Source: Alphaproteobacteria bacterium
GTDB lineage: Bacteria > Pseudomonadota > Alphaproteobacteria > MPNO01
Assembly: GCA_965248835.1 (NCBI GenBank)
Contig: CBDFLJ010000002.1
Location: 1,824,001-1,888,000, forward strand
Direction of reading: 5' to 3'
Length of the DNA stretch: 64,000 nucleotides
The position numbers and the translations under genes are program-made. A model generated the notes under the pieces. That model did not search any database, was not told where the DNA came from, and saw nothing but the letters and a program-made list of their open reading frames with translations. Position 1 is the first letter of the stretch. Each line of letters starts with the position of its first letter. Shown in pieces: positions 48,015 through 57,607 of the stretch.

Positions 48015-50453
48015 TTGCCGGCGCGTTCGAGCCATCGACCACCGTCTCGTTCGGTGACAAGACGGCCGTCCACCGCCCCGGTCCGCCGGAGCGGCGACGA
48101 AAGCGAGCGCACGACCGCGGTCTACCTGTCGCTGTCGCTGCACGCGGTAGCCGCGGTCGCCTTGCTGATCGGCTACCTGACCAGGTCGGATCTGCCGACC
48201 ATTACCCTCCACCAGGAAATCGATATCGTCTCGGTCAGCGAGTTCGACCCACTGTGGTCCGGACGCCTGCTCACCCGCGAGCCCTTGGACAGCGCGGACC
48301 GTGCGGCCCGCGTCAAGCCCGCCGACGCCGCATCGGAGCCGGTACCGACGCTGGCGGCCGCGCCGCCGGGCGAGCCGTTGCGCCAGACCCCCGAGACCGC
48401 GCCGTCGGCGCGCTCCCCGCTGCGGCCAGAGGTCGTGTCGCAGGAGGCGGACGATCAAGCAGTGCGCCCGCCGGCCTCCGGCACGCCGGAAAGCGCAAGC
48501 GAGGCACCGGCTTCCAACGGAGCGGCGATCGCTGCGGTCGGCGCCTCGGGCATCGAGCGGCCGACTGCGCGGCAGGAGCGCAGCCAGCCGCGATCCATTC
48601 GCGCCCCGGTGGCGGTCCGCAGCATCCCGACACCCGACTCCGTGCGCCGCGCGCCGATCGCCGTCTCGCCGTCCAGGGCACCGGAAAGCGCGGCCCGACC
48701 GGTCCCCGGCTTGATCGCCGGAGCGCCGGCCGGAGTCTCCGAAACCGCGGGCCGACCGGCGCGCGCTCTGGCAGCCGGCGGACCGGCCACGGCACCGGAA
48801 GACACCGCCCGCCCGGCCCCCAGCTTGATCGCCGGAGCACCGGCCGGGGTCCCCGAAAGCAAGGGCCCGCCAGCGCGCGCTGCGGCATCGGGCGGACCGG
48901 CCAGGGCACCGGAAAATACCGCCCGCCCGATCGCCGGTGTGATCGCCGGAGCACCGGCCGGAGTCCCCGAAACCGTGGGCCGACCAGCGAACGCTCCGGC
49001 ATCCGGCAGACCGGCAAGGGCACCGGAAAATACCGCCCGCCCGATCCCCGGTGTGATCGCCGGAGCACCGGCCGAACTTTCACCCAGCCGGAATCGTCCG
49101 GTACGCGCACCTGTGTCCAACAGCCCGGCCGAGGCGCCGGAGATCGCCAACCGACAGCCACCTGCCCCCGTCTCGGACGATCCGGCGGATGCGCCGGAAG
49201 GCGAGACGCCGCCCCGCATCCGATCGGTCGATGTCGCGGTGGCAGCGCCGCGTCCGGCCGCCGCTCCGCTGCGGGCAGGCGAGGTCAAATCGCCGGACCG
49301 GCGCCACCCCCCCGCCGCCGCGCTGGACAGCCTCGCGCCGGCCAGCAGCCGGCTGGAGACGGCCGTCGAGGCTCCGCACGGCGGAGCGCAAGCAGAGGCC
49401 GGGAGCCCTGCTTTAGCCGCGGAGGGACGGCTGCCGGCCAGCGTTGAGGCCGACGGCTCGCCACGCAGGTTCCTGCGCGCGGCGGCCGCCGGCGCGGCGG
49501 CCTCGGCGATCGAACTGTCTTTCAGGGAAACCGGCACCGAAGCCGCAGGCGGACGGGCGGCGCCGGAACCGGTCGAAGGGGTCGATACCGCCTCGATCCC
49601 GGCCAGGATCAACGCCGCCGACGTGCTCGATGGGCTCCTGCCGTTTCAGCGGCCGAAGCCGACGCCGGCGCCCACCCCGGCGCCCACCTCGGCCGCCGAC
49701 CTGAGCAAGATCGCCGGGCTGCTGGCCGGGGTCGCCTGCGGCCGACTGTCGGGTGATCTGGATGAGACGACGGGATCGCTGCGGCTTGACGGCCATGTTC
49801 CCTCGCTGACCGAGCGCGCCAAGATCGTCGGCGCGCTGGCCAGGATCGAGGGGATCACCGAAATCCGCGATGGTGGCACGGTCATCCTGCCGCAGCCGCT
49901 GTGTCAGGTGCTGGATACGCTCCGCACCGCGGGGTTGAGCGCATCGAAAGCCCATCAGGTCCGCCCGCAGATGCTCGCCCGCCCGACCCAGGCCGGCATC
50001 AAGCGGTTCGCTCACGGCGAGAGGATCGTCGTGCGCCTGACCACGCCGCGCTGGCCCGCCTACGTCCATGTCGATTTCTACGATCTGCGCGGACAGGTGA
50101 CGCACCTGGTTCCCAACCCCCAGGTGAAACGGAACCGGTTCGAGCCGGGGAGCGTCCTGTCGATCGGCGAGCAAGGCTCCGGCACGGAGCTGCGCGCCGG
50201 TGCGCCCTACGGGGTGAATATCCTGGTCGCGATCGGTACCTCGCACCCCCTGTTCGACCGTGCCCGCCCCCCGGTCGAATCCGCTGACGGCTACCTCGCG
50301 GATCTCGCGAGCGTGATCGCCCGATTGCGCCGTGCGGACACCGAGGTCGCAGAGGAATACGTCTATGTCTTCCTGATCACCCAGGACATTCGACGGCGCA
50401 GCGAGGCGGCCGGAAACCGACGCGGAAATAGACTTGCCTCCGGGGCCCGGTGA
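48015..50453 (+). CDS. Membrane-anchored Pro/Ala-rich repeat protein with C-terminal DUF4384-like domain
   Basis: N-terminal TM VYLSLSLHAVAAVALLIGY; low-complexity stalk; C-terminal YVHVDFYDLRGQVTHLVP...GAPYG..ILVAI..HPLF. TTG start with GGAG RBS. Confidence 0.65.
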   Translation: MPARSSHRPPSRSVTRRPSTAPVRRSGDESERTTAVYLSLSLHAVAAVALLIGYLTRSDLPTITLHQEIDIVSVSEFDPLWSGRLLTREPLDSADRAARVKPADAASEPVPTLAAAPPGEPLRQTPETAPSARSPLRPEVVSQEADDQAVRPPASGTPESASEAPASNGAAIAAVGASGIERPTARQERSQPRSIRAPVAVRSIPTPDSVRRAPIAVSPSRAPESAARPVPGLIAGAPAGVSETAGRPARALAAGGPATAPEDTARPAPSLIAGAPAGVPESKGPPARAAASGGPARAPENTARPIAGVIAGAPAGVPETVGRPANAPASGRPARAPENTARPIPGVIAGAPAELSPSRNRPVRAPVSNSPAEAPEIANRQPPAPVSDDPADAPEGETPPRIRSVDVAVAAPRPAAAPLRAGEVKSPDRRHPPAAALDSLAPASSRLETAVEAPHGGAQAEAGSPALAAEGRLPASVEADGSPRRFLRAAAAGAAASAIELSFRETGTEAAGGRAAPEPVEGVDTASIPARINAADVLDGLLPFQRPKPTPAPTPAPTSAADLSKIAGLLAGVACGRLSGDLDETTGSLRLDGHVPSLTERAKIVGALARIEGITEIRDGGTVILPQPLCQVLDTLRTAGLSASKAHQVRPQMLARPTQAGIKRFAHGERIVVRLTTPRWPAYVHVDFYDLRGQVTHLVPNPQVKRNRFEPGSVLSIGEQGSGTELRAGAPYGVNILVAIGTSHPLFDRARPPVESADGYLADLASVIARLRRADTEVAEEYVYVFLITQDIRRRSEAAGNRRGNRLASGAR
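48672..49074 (+). repeat. 114-bp (38-aa) intragenic tandem repeat, ~3.5 copies
   Basis: GGCACCGGAA at 48677, 48791, 48905 and 49019; unit approximately RAPENTARPxPGxIAGAPAGVPEtxGrPAxAxAsGgPA. Confidence 0.88.
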
Positions 50454-50542
50454 CGGCAGGTTAGAGCATATTCTGAACCCGCCGAACCGGGCCGCCGAGT
50501 CGTCCGGCTAGCCCCCGAAGGCGTCTGAACGAGAGTGTGCCG

Positions 50543-50986
50543 ATGCGCTTGCCAACGGTCCTGATCGGAATTGCCCTCGGCCTCGCGCTGAGCCAGGCGG
50601 CGGCTGCCCAGAAGCCCGCCCCTGCGGCCACATCGGCCGGCAAGATATCCATCGAGCTCAACAAGCTGGAAGAAAAGCAAGGCAGTTGCCGGCTTTATCT
50701 AGTGATCCGTAACCGCACGGCGAAGGATGTGAAGAACCTCGAGCTCGACGTGTTCATCTTCGACCGCAACGACGTCATCACCCGCCGGGTCGGGCTGAAC
50801 ACCCGCCGGCTCAAGCCGTCGCGGATCTACGTGCGCCTGTTCGACATCACCAAGGTGACGTGCTCGGGCATAGCAAGGCTGGTGCTGAATGAGGTCCTGT
50901 CCTGCACCTCGACCGCCGGTGCCGCGATCGACTGCGAGGACGACCTTGCGCTGAGCAGCCGGGCGCGGGCGACGTTCCAAGACTGA
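50543..50986 (+). CDS. Secreted hypothetical protein with four Cys
   Basis: Signal peptide; ISIELNKLEE..GSCRLYLVIRN; coding-like codon usage. Confidence 0.75.
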   Translation: MRLPTVLIGIALGLALSQAAAAQKPAPAATSAGKISIELNKLEEKQGSCRLYLVIRNRTAKDVKNLELDVFIFDRNDVITRRVGLNTRRLKPSRIYVRLFDITKVTCSGIARLVLNEVLSCTSTAGAAIDCEDDLALSSRARATFQD

Positions 50987-51095
50987 CGCGGCCGGGCATA
51001 TTGGTAGCCGACGGCCGGCCCTCCGGTTATCCTTTACGGCGCTTCATCGGCGTGTCGGTGAGGTGGGATGGACCGGGCCGGGAGCCCCGCCGAGG

Positions 51096-51911
51096 ATGAT
51101 CGAATCGCCCAACCCGACCGTGAAAGCGTCCGTCGACGGCGGCGTCTGCACGATCACGCTCAACCGGCCCGACGCGCTCAACGCCCTGGACCGCGACATG
51201 GCGGCAGCGCTTGTCGCCGTGACGCGGGCGGCGGAGGCCGATGACGGCGTCCGCGCGGTGCTGATCCGCGGCGCGGGCGAGCACTTCATGGCTGGCGGCG
51301 ACATCAAGACGTTCTCGAACTGGCTCGCGGAGCTGCCGGACCGGTCCCAGCGCCGCGACAGGTTCGAGTCCTTCATTCACGAGGTCCATCCCTGCATCCT
51401 CGCTATCACCGCCATGCCCAAGCCGGTCCTCGCCGCCGTCCGCGGCGCGGTCGCCGGGTTCGGGATGAGCCTGATGATGGCCTGCGACATGGCGCTGGCG
51501 GCCGAGGATTCGGTGTTCACGCTGGCCTATTGTCATATCGGCACCAGCCCGGACGGGTCATCGACCTACATGCTGCCGCGCGCGGTCGGCAGCAAGCGCG
51601 CCTTCGAGATCGCCTGCCTCGGCGAGCGGTTCGGCGCGGACGAGGCCAGGCAGATCGGGTTGATCAACCGCGTGGTGGAGTCCTCCGGCCTCGACGCCGA
51701 GGCCGGAGGACTCGCGGCCCGGCTGGCGGCCGGCCCGACGCTGGCCTATGCCAAGACAAAGGCCTTGCTGAACGCATCGCCCCATCGCGGCCTGGAGAAC
51801 CAGCTTGCCGCCGAGGCGGCGGCGTTCGGCGAATGTGCCGCGGGCGAGGACTTCGCCGAGGGGTTGGCGGCCTTCCTCGCCAAGCGCGCGGCGCGCTTCA
51901 TCGGCCGCTGA
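51096..51911 (+). CDS. Enoyl-CoA hydratase/isomerase family (PaaG-like)
   Basis: ITLNRPDALNAL, FMAGGDI, AVRGAVAGFG, SPDG. Confidence 0.9.
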   Translation: MIESPNPTVKASVDGGVCTITLNRPDALNALDRDMAAALVAVTRAAEADDGVRAVLIRGAGEHFMAGGDIKTFSNWLAELPDRSQRRDRFESFIHEVHPCILAITAMPKPVLAAVRGAVAGFGMSLMMACDMALAAEDSVFTLAYCHIGTSPDGSSTYMLPRAVGSKRAFEIACLGERFGADEARQIGLINRVVESSGLDAEAGGLAARLAAGPTLAYAKTKALLNASPHRGLENQLAAEAAAFGECAAGEDFAEGLAAFLAKRAARFIGR

Positions 51912-51929
51912 GCCGGTCCCGGACGCGCT

Positions 51930-53408
51930 CTATTCGGCGGCCTCGGAGCGGCCGGCCGAGGGCGACTCGTAGCTGTCCAGAACGGTCTTGACGATCCCGC
52001 GCATCTCATCCCACGGGCAGTTCGCATAGCTGTAATGGGTATTGATGAAAGCCGGGCCGGCGTAGAAGCGCTCGTACTGGGAATGGCGTCCGGCGAAGTC
52101 CGAGCCGAGCAGGTCCCAGGCGAGCTTCATGAACTTCATGCGCTCGACCGCCGACTGTCCGGGGACCGACCAATAGGTCTCGAACTGCGCCAGCAGCTTG
52201 GGGTCGTCGACCACCGAGAGGTCGGCCGGCATCTGGAAGGGACCGGCGCCCAGCAGTTCGCGCACGATCTCGCAGATCTCGTGATAGTTGTGGGTGCACC
52301 AGTGCAGCGCCGCATACATCGCGCGCCGGTTGACGGTCAGATATCCCGGCACGATCTCCTCGGCCGCCTGAATCTGGCCGTGGATCATCGCGCCCAGCCC
52401 CGCCTCCATCGCCGCCAGCCTGCCGAGCGTGCCCTGGACGGCCTGGATGTGGCCGACGCCGTTGATCTCCGTCATCTGGCTGGCAATGCCGATGATCAGC
52501 TTCAACTTCTCCCAGAACCGGACATTGGACTGGTGATTGCCCATCGCGTGGCTCGGCGTGTCGAAATAGATGTCGCGCGACAGGGCTGCATCGTCGTGGA
52601 TGAAGACCCTCTCCCACGGCACATGCACGTCCTCGAAGATGACCATCGAATCGGTCTCGTCGAACCGCGATGAAAGGGGGTTGTCGAACGTCGAGACCGC
52701 GTAGCGCTCGAACGGCTTGCGCGACCAGATCGAGACGCCGGGCGCGTTCAGGGCCACCGCACAGGTGATCGACTCCTTGCCTTGGTCCGGCGCCAGCGGC
52801 AGCAAATTGCCGACCCATGTATCGTCGGCGAAAATCGCCGAGGTGCCGAGCATCTTCATGCCGTTCAGCCACACGCCCGCATCGTCTTCGGCGGTGACGC
52901 GCAGCGTCGGAACCTGCAGGCCTTCGCGCTGGTAGAGGTCGGGTTTGCGTGCGCCCTGCGGCGGCAGGACGGTGTAGCAGGCAAACAGATCCTCGCGGCG
53001 CATCTTGTCTTGATAGGCGACCAGGTTGTCGCCGAAGCCGGTGCGGTTGGCTTCGAAGATCTCCGGCCGCATCGCAAGCCCGGTGACGAAGGACGCCACG
53101 TGGTCGGGCGACCGGCCGAGCAGGCCGCACGACCAGGCGGCGATCCGGCGGTGGGTCTCCATCCGCTTGACCAGGTCCTGCGTGGTCCTGGGCATGAGGA
53201 ACCACGAGGTGTAGCGTGCGCCGGATTCCTCGAAGGACATCACCTCGATGTTCTCCGGATCGCGCTTGCGGTCGTACAGCATCGCAAAGGAGGCCGCGGC
53301 GTTGCGGAAGGCGGGATGGGTGGTCACGTCCTCGACCAGCTCGCCGCCGATATAGACCCTGCGGCCGTCGCGCAGGCTCTCCAGATAGTCCGCGCCGGTC
53401 CTCAACAT
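51930..53408 (-). CDS. 4-hydroxyphenylacetate 3-hydroxylase (HpaB) family oxygenase
   Basis: RTGADYLESLRDGR, GRSPDHV, RFDETD, VPWERVF, FAGRHSQYERFYAG. Confidence 0.9.
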   Translation of the reverse strand: MLRTGADYLESLRDGRRVYIGGELVEDVTTHPAFRNAAASFAMLYDRKRDPENIEVMSFEESGARYTSWFLMPRTTQDLVKRMETHRRIAAWSCGLLGRSPDHVASFVTGLAMRPEIFEANRTGFGDNLVAYQDKMRREDLFACYTVLPPQGARKPDLYQREGLQVPTLRVTAEDDAGVWLNGMKMLGTSAIFADDTWVGNLLPLAPDQGKESITCAVALNAPGVSIWSRKPFERYAVSTFDNPLSSRFDETDSMVIFEDVHVPWERVFIHDDAALSRDIYFDTPSHAMGNHQSNVRFWEKLKLIIGIASQMTEINGVGHIQAVQGTLGRLAAMEAGLGAMIHGQIQAAEEIVPGYLTVNRRAMYAALHWCTHNYHEICEIVRELLGAGPFQMPADLSVVDDPKLLAQFETYWSVPGQSAVERMKFMKLAWDLLGSDFAGRHSQYERFYAGPAFINTHYSYANCPWDEMRGIVKTVLDSYESPSAGRSEAAE

Positions 53409-53427
53409 CGGTAATCTCCCCGGTCGT

Positions 53428-54387
53428 TCAATGGGCGCCGACCGGCGGTGTGCTGCGCACCGGCCAGGGCTTGTCGGAGACGACGGCCGGCCGTACCGCG
53501 ATCTCGTCGGCGATGTCGATGACCATCAGGTCGTAGCCGATCTCGACCCATCCGTCGAAGGACTCCTTGACCTGCTCGAGCGCCGGGCCGACGACATCGT
53601 CGTTGTTGTACATGTGATAGATCACACCGAGGCGCGGCCGGGCCTCGGCCATCACCGCGCCGGCCTCGCGCGGGGCCGTATGGATGTCCTCGGCGATGAT
53701 CCGGGCCAGCGCGATCGGCCGTCCCGCCTTCTGCGCGTAGACCTCGACCGGCGGAAACGCCTCGTGGATCAGCAGGTCAACGCCGGCGGCCTGCTCGATC
53801 AGGGCGGGGCATTTCTTGGTATCGCCGGAAAAGACCATCGTGCGTCCGGCGTAATCGATGCGGAAGCCGAAGGTGTTGTGCGGCGGGGTGTGCAGGACCT
53901 CGAACGCGCTCAGGCGCACGCCGTCCTCCTGCCAGACCACGCCTTCGGCGTATTCGCGCGCCTCGAGCTCGGAGCCGTCGAGGGTCTCGAACACCCTGCG
54001 CCTGGTCTCGATATCCCAGGCATAGATGCCGCGCAGATGCTCGACGATCCGGGCGGTGCCCGGCGGGCCCCAGACCCGCAGCGGACGCCGCCTGCCATAG
54101 GTCCAGCCGCCGATCCAGAACTGATCCAGCCCGCCGATATGATCGACGTGGTGATGGGTGAGAAAGACCTTGTCCACCGCATCGAACGGGATCTCCAGCG
54201 AGGTGAAGTTCGCCGGCGCGCCCGGCCCGACATCCAGCAGGAACTTCTGCGTCCCCGCCTCCACCAGGACCCCGGCGGACGCCTGGTCGCGGCGCGGAAA
54301 CGGCGTTCCGGTCCCCAGCAGCGTGACCCGCATCGCATCGCCGGCGAGCGGCTCGCCGGGATAGAAAAAATGCCTGGAGTGCGCCAT
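53428..54387 (-). CDS. MBL-fold metallo-hydrolase (RNase Z/arylsulfatase-like)
   Basis: LLGTGTP, THHHVDH, FSGDT, LIHE, HT, YH. Confidence 0.88.
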   Translation of the reverse strand: MAHSRHFFYPGEPLAGDAMRVTLLGTGTPFPRRDQASAGVLVEAGTQKFLLDVGPGAPANFTSLEIPFDAVDKVFLTHHHVDHIGGLDQFWIGGWTYGRRRPLRVWGPPGTARIVEHLRGIYAWDIETRRRVFETLDGSELEAREYAEGVVWQEDGVRLSAFEVLHTPPHNTFGFRIDYAGRTMVFSGDTKKCPALIEQAAGVDLLIHEAFPPVEVYAQKAGRPIALARIIAEDIHTAPREAGAVMAEARPRLGVIYHMYNNDDVVGPALEQVKESFDGWVEIGYDLMVIDIADEIAVRPAVVSDKPWPVRSTPPVGAH

Positions 54388-54575
54388 CGCCGCCTTCGTT
54401 CCTGAACGGACGGCACTCGAAACCGGGCCGGACCGCGCCCGAACCTAGAGGGACCGGCACCCGCGGTGCAAGCACCGGTCGGCGCGGGCGGTCGATCGTT
54501 GTGGCAATTGCTTGTCCCGACGATCACAATGACCTTTGGCCTGCCGCCAGCGATTGGAGAGGACCTGTTCACGCC

Positions 54576-55688
54576 ATGAGCGAGGACGAACGGCGCATCC
54601 TGCGCCGCGACCGGCGTCCCCACCTCCTGCGCCCGGTGCGCTTTCGATCGGTCGGCGCGCGCAACCGGATCATGATGTCGCCGATGTGCCAGTATTCGGC
54701 GGCCGAGGGCGCGGCCGATGACTGGCACCTCGTCCATCTCGGCGCGCGCGCGGTGGGCGGCGCGGGGATCGTCTTCACCGAGGCCACCCATGTCGAGCCG
54801 CGCGGCAGGATAACCCCGGGCTGCCTCGGCCTGTGGAACGACGGCCAGCGCGATGCGCTTGCCCGGATCGCCCGCTTCATCGAAGCCCAGGGTGCGGTGC
54901 CGGGGCTGCAGCTCGCCCATGCCGGGCGCAAGGCCTCGGTCAGCAGGCCGTGGGAGGGCACCCGGCCGCTCGCCCCCGCCGAGGGCGGCTGGCCGGTGAT
55001 CGGCCCCTCGGCGCTCGCCTTCGACACCGGCCACCCGGTGCCCGAAGCGCTCGACCAGGCAGGGATCGACGCGACGCTGGCGGCCTTCGCAACCGCCGCC
55101 GCCCGGGGCCGGCAGGCCGGCTTCAAGATCATCGAGCTGCACTGCGCACACGGCTATCTCGCCCACGCGTTCCTGTCGCCGCTCAGCAACGCCCGCACCG
55201 ACCTCTATGGCGGCGATGGGCCGGCGCGGCAGCGCTTCGTGCTGGAGCTGGTCGAGGCGGTGCGCAGCGAATGGCCGGACGATTTGCCGCTGTTCGTGCG
55301 GATCTCCTGCACCGACTGGGTCGACGGCGGCTGGGACCTTGCCGGCAGCGTGGCGCTCGCCAAGGCGCTCGAACGCACGGGGCTGGTCGACCTGATCGAC
55401 TGCTCGAGCGGCGGCAACGATCCGCGCCAGCAGATCCCGACCCACCCGGGCTATCAGGTCCCGTTCGCCGAGGCGATCCGGCGCGAGGCCGGGATTGCCA
55501 CCGCCGCGGTGGGGCTGCTGCACAGCCCCGACGGGGCGGAGGAGATCATCGCCAACGGGCGCGCCGACCTGGTGGTGCTCGGCCGCGCCATGCTGGCCGA
55601 CCCGTACTGGGCCCTGCACGCCGCACGCAGCCTGCGCGCCACCGATGCCGCTTGGCCGGTCCAGTACGAACGCGCCGATATTTTTTAG
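54576..55688 (+). CDS. NADH:flavin oxidoreductase (YqjM/NamA-like OYE)
   Basis: NRIMMSPMCQYSA, QLAHAGRKAS, HCAHGYL, PGYQVPFAE, WPVQYERA. Confidence 0.9.
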   Translation: MSEDERRILRRDRRPHLLRPVRFRSVGARNRIMMSPMCQYSAAEGAADDWHLVHLGARAVGGAGIVFTEATHVEPRGRITPGCLGLWNDGQRDALARIARFIEAQGAVPGLQLAHAGRKASVSRPWEGTRPLAPAEGGWPVIGPSALAFDTGHPVPEALDQAGIDATLAAFATAAARGRQAGFKIIELHCAHGYLAHAFLSPLSNARTDLYGGDGPARQRFVLELVEAVRSEWPDDLPLFVRISCTDWVDGGWDLAGSVALAKALERTGLVDLIDCSSGGNDPRQQIPTHPGYQVPFAEAIRREAGIATAAVGLLHSPDGAEEIIANGRADLVVLGRAMLADPYWALHAARSLRATDAAWPVQYERADIF

Positions 55689-55701
55689 AGTATAGCCGGG
55701 G

Positions 55702-56871
55702 TCAGGACATTTCCGGCCGGTCGACCAGCATCGCCTCGGGCGCGGCCGGGTCGCGCCGGCGGCGCTGCGCCTCGTCGGTCTCGCCGTAGAAGAACCCGAA
55801 AACGCCGATCCGCCGGCCCTCGGTCACCGGCAAAGCCTCGTGCAGCAGGCTGCAGGAAAAGATCACCGCGCCGCCGCGCGCGACATCGAAGATCTGTGCG
55901 CCGTATTCCGGGAAGCGCAGCTCTCCGCCGCGGTATTCGCCGGTATTGAGGTTCAGCGACATCGCGAACTGGCGATGGCTGGTTGCCGGGGTGGTATCGT
56001 CGCGATGCGGTTTGAAATGTCCGCGCTCGCGCGCATCGTAGCCGCCGATGCGCAGGGTCTCGGCGCGGGTGACGCGAAACTTGAACGCCCTGGCGACCTC
56101 CGGGAAGAGCCGGCGCTGGAACAGCTTCACCAGCGCCCCCGCCTCGGCGCCGTCATTGGCGAGGTAGACGTCGCCGCGCCGCTTGATGTCGGTATCGACG
56201 ACCGCCCCGCCGGCTCCGGCTGCCCGGGACACGGTCCCGCGTATCTTCTCGCTCGCCTCCCAACAGCCGACCAGCCGGGCGCAATGGTCCCGGTCCAACA
56301 GCTCCGGCACGACCAGCACCGGCGCCAGCCGATCGGCGACCACCCGGACCGGCGGCGGACGGGCGGCGCACGCGCGGAGTGCGGCTTTGGCGTGGCTCGG
56401 TCCGGAATCGGGTCCGAAGATCCTCTCGATGCGGCGGTTCTCGTCGACTAGGACGGTCGCGAAAGACGGCGGCTTGGCGGTGCGCGCCTTGCGGCCGCCC
56501 GGCGGCGGCCCGGCGAGCCCGAGCGCCGCGCCGGTCGAGAACGTCGGATCGCTCAGGACAGGGACGGCGAGTCCGAGCCTGCGGCTCAGGGCGGCATTGT
56601 CGGCCGGGCTCCGCGGCGACAGCACGAGTGCCAGCGCGCCGGCCTCGGCGAATGCCGGTGCGAGCTCGGAGAACCGGGCAAGCTCGGCCTCGGCCGCCCG
56701 TTCCGCCCGGGCGCCCAGCACCAGCAGCACCAGCTTGCGGCCGGCGAACCGGTCGGCGGAGATCGGGAACTCGCGGCCGTCGAGCCCGAACCAGGCCGGC
56801 GCCGTCAACGGCTCGCCGGGAACGAGCCCGGCCTGCACCCCGGGTGCCGGCACTGTCGGGCCGAGAGACAT
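55702..56871 (-). CDS. Redoxin-like domain fused to 2OG-Fe(II) oxygenase
   Basis: N-terminal AhpC/TSA-like segments (PGEP..AP, PVLSDP, TVLVDENRRI); C-terminal HRDDT, SLNLN..Y.GGEL.FPE, LLHEALPVTEGRR. Confidence 0.8.
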   Translation of the reverse strand: MSLGPTVPAPGVQAGLVPGEPLTAPAWFGLDGREFPISADRFAGRKLVLLVLGARAERAAEAELARFSELAPAFAEAGALALVLSPRSPADNAALSRRLGLAVPVLSDPTFSTGAALGLAGPPPGGRKARTAKPPSFATVLVDENRRIERIFGPDSGPSHAKAALRACAARPPPVRVVADRLAPVLVVPELLDRDHCARLVGCWEASEKIRGTVSRAAGAGGAVVDTDIKRRGDVYLANDGAEAGALVKLFQRRLFPEVARAFKFRVTRAETLRIGGYDARERGHFKPHRDDTTPATSHRQFAMSLNLNTGEYRGGELRFPEYGAQIFDVARGGAVIFSCSLLHEALPVTEGRRIGVFGFFYGETDEAQRRRRDPAAPEAMLVDRPEMS

Positions 56872-56964
56872 CGCCCAGCGCTCCGCCGTCAGGATCGAAC
56901 GGCGGCGATCCTAGCCGGGCGCGCCGGGCCGGACAAGCCGGCCGGCTCATCGATCATGCTCCCT

Positions 56965-57240
56965 GCGCCCTCGGCGATGCGGCCGAGAAGCTGTTTCGCC
57001 AGCCGCCGCGGGGCGGGTCGGGGCAAGCTGGCCGTGGCGCCCGATCGCCAAGCGCTTGTTCGGCGCCTTGCGGCCGCCATCGCCGGCACGATAGTTGACG
57101 ATGAAGGTTTTGACGCCCGAAGGCTGCACCCTGACGCCGAAACCGACGAGCTTGTCGTCCCAGGCGATCCAGGGCTTGTCGGCCGGGACCAGCGGGTCTA
57201 CCGCGCGTTTGGTCAACGCCGGCTTGACCTTCGGGACCGG
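56965..57240 (-). pseudogene. Tyrosine integrase remnant (N-terminal arm-DNA-binding domain only)
   Basis: LTKRAVD..WDDKLVGFGVRVQPSGVKTFIVNYR..KRLAIGRHG, then a frameshift to RRLAKQLLGRIAEG. No catalytic domain follows. Confidence 0.85.
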
Positions 57241-57307
57241 TTTGCCCGACCGCGTTTTCACGCCGGAGGCAATCACCGGGTTTGCTCGACACGCGTTTTC
57301 ACGCCGG
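57236..57307. repeat. Two imperfect ~32-bp direct repeats
   Basis: accggtttgcccgaccgcgttttcacgccgg and accgggtttgctcgacacgcgttttcacgccgg. Confidence 0.75.
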
Positions 57308-57364
57308 CACGGGTTTGGCAACGGGTTTGGCACAGGGTTTGGCACGGGTTTGGCACGGGTTTGG
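57308..57364. repeat. Five tandem 11-12 bp repeats CACGGGTTTGG
   Basis: cacgggtttgg caacgggtttgg cacagggtttgg cacgggtttgg cacgggtttgg. Confidence 0.9.
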
Positions 57365-57607
57365 AATTTTCAAGCCAACACCGGCATGCGCGCGCGAGGC
57401 ATGGCCGCAACAATCGGCCGTCCGCGGCGGCAGGTCGGGAACTTTGTTGCAAACAAGCAACATTGCGCCGGGAATCGCGCAGCCTCGGCGCGGGGTGAAT
57501 TGACCCTCTTCCCCGCTGCAGGTTATCAATTCGATGCAGGCACGTGGTCGGCGGTCTTCGCTATCCGTGCGGCACCACGTAAACAGGTTGCGTTCCAAGG
57601 AGGGGCA

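Noticed and set aside
48672-49074. Possible CRISPR array
   Set aside because: In-frame 114-bp coding repeat without unique spacers; no cas genes.
57308-57364. Possible CRISPR or the coding repeat PNP(V/L)PNP
   Set aside because: Units are 11-12 bp, contiguous and not a multiple of three, so the peptide is incidental.
56880-57600. tRNA or tmRNA integration target near the integrase stub
   Set aside because: No cloverleaf or convincing T-loop/CCA end recognised by eye; tRNAscan-SE or ARAGORN would settle it.
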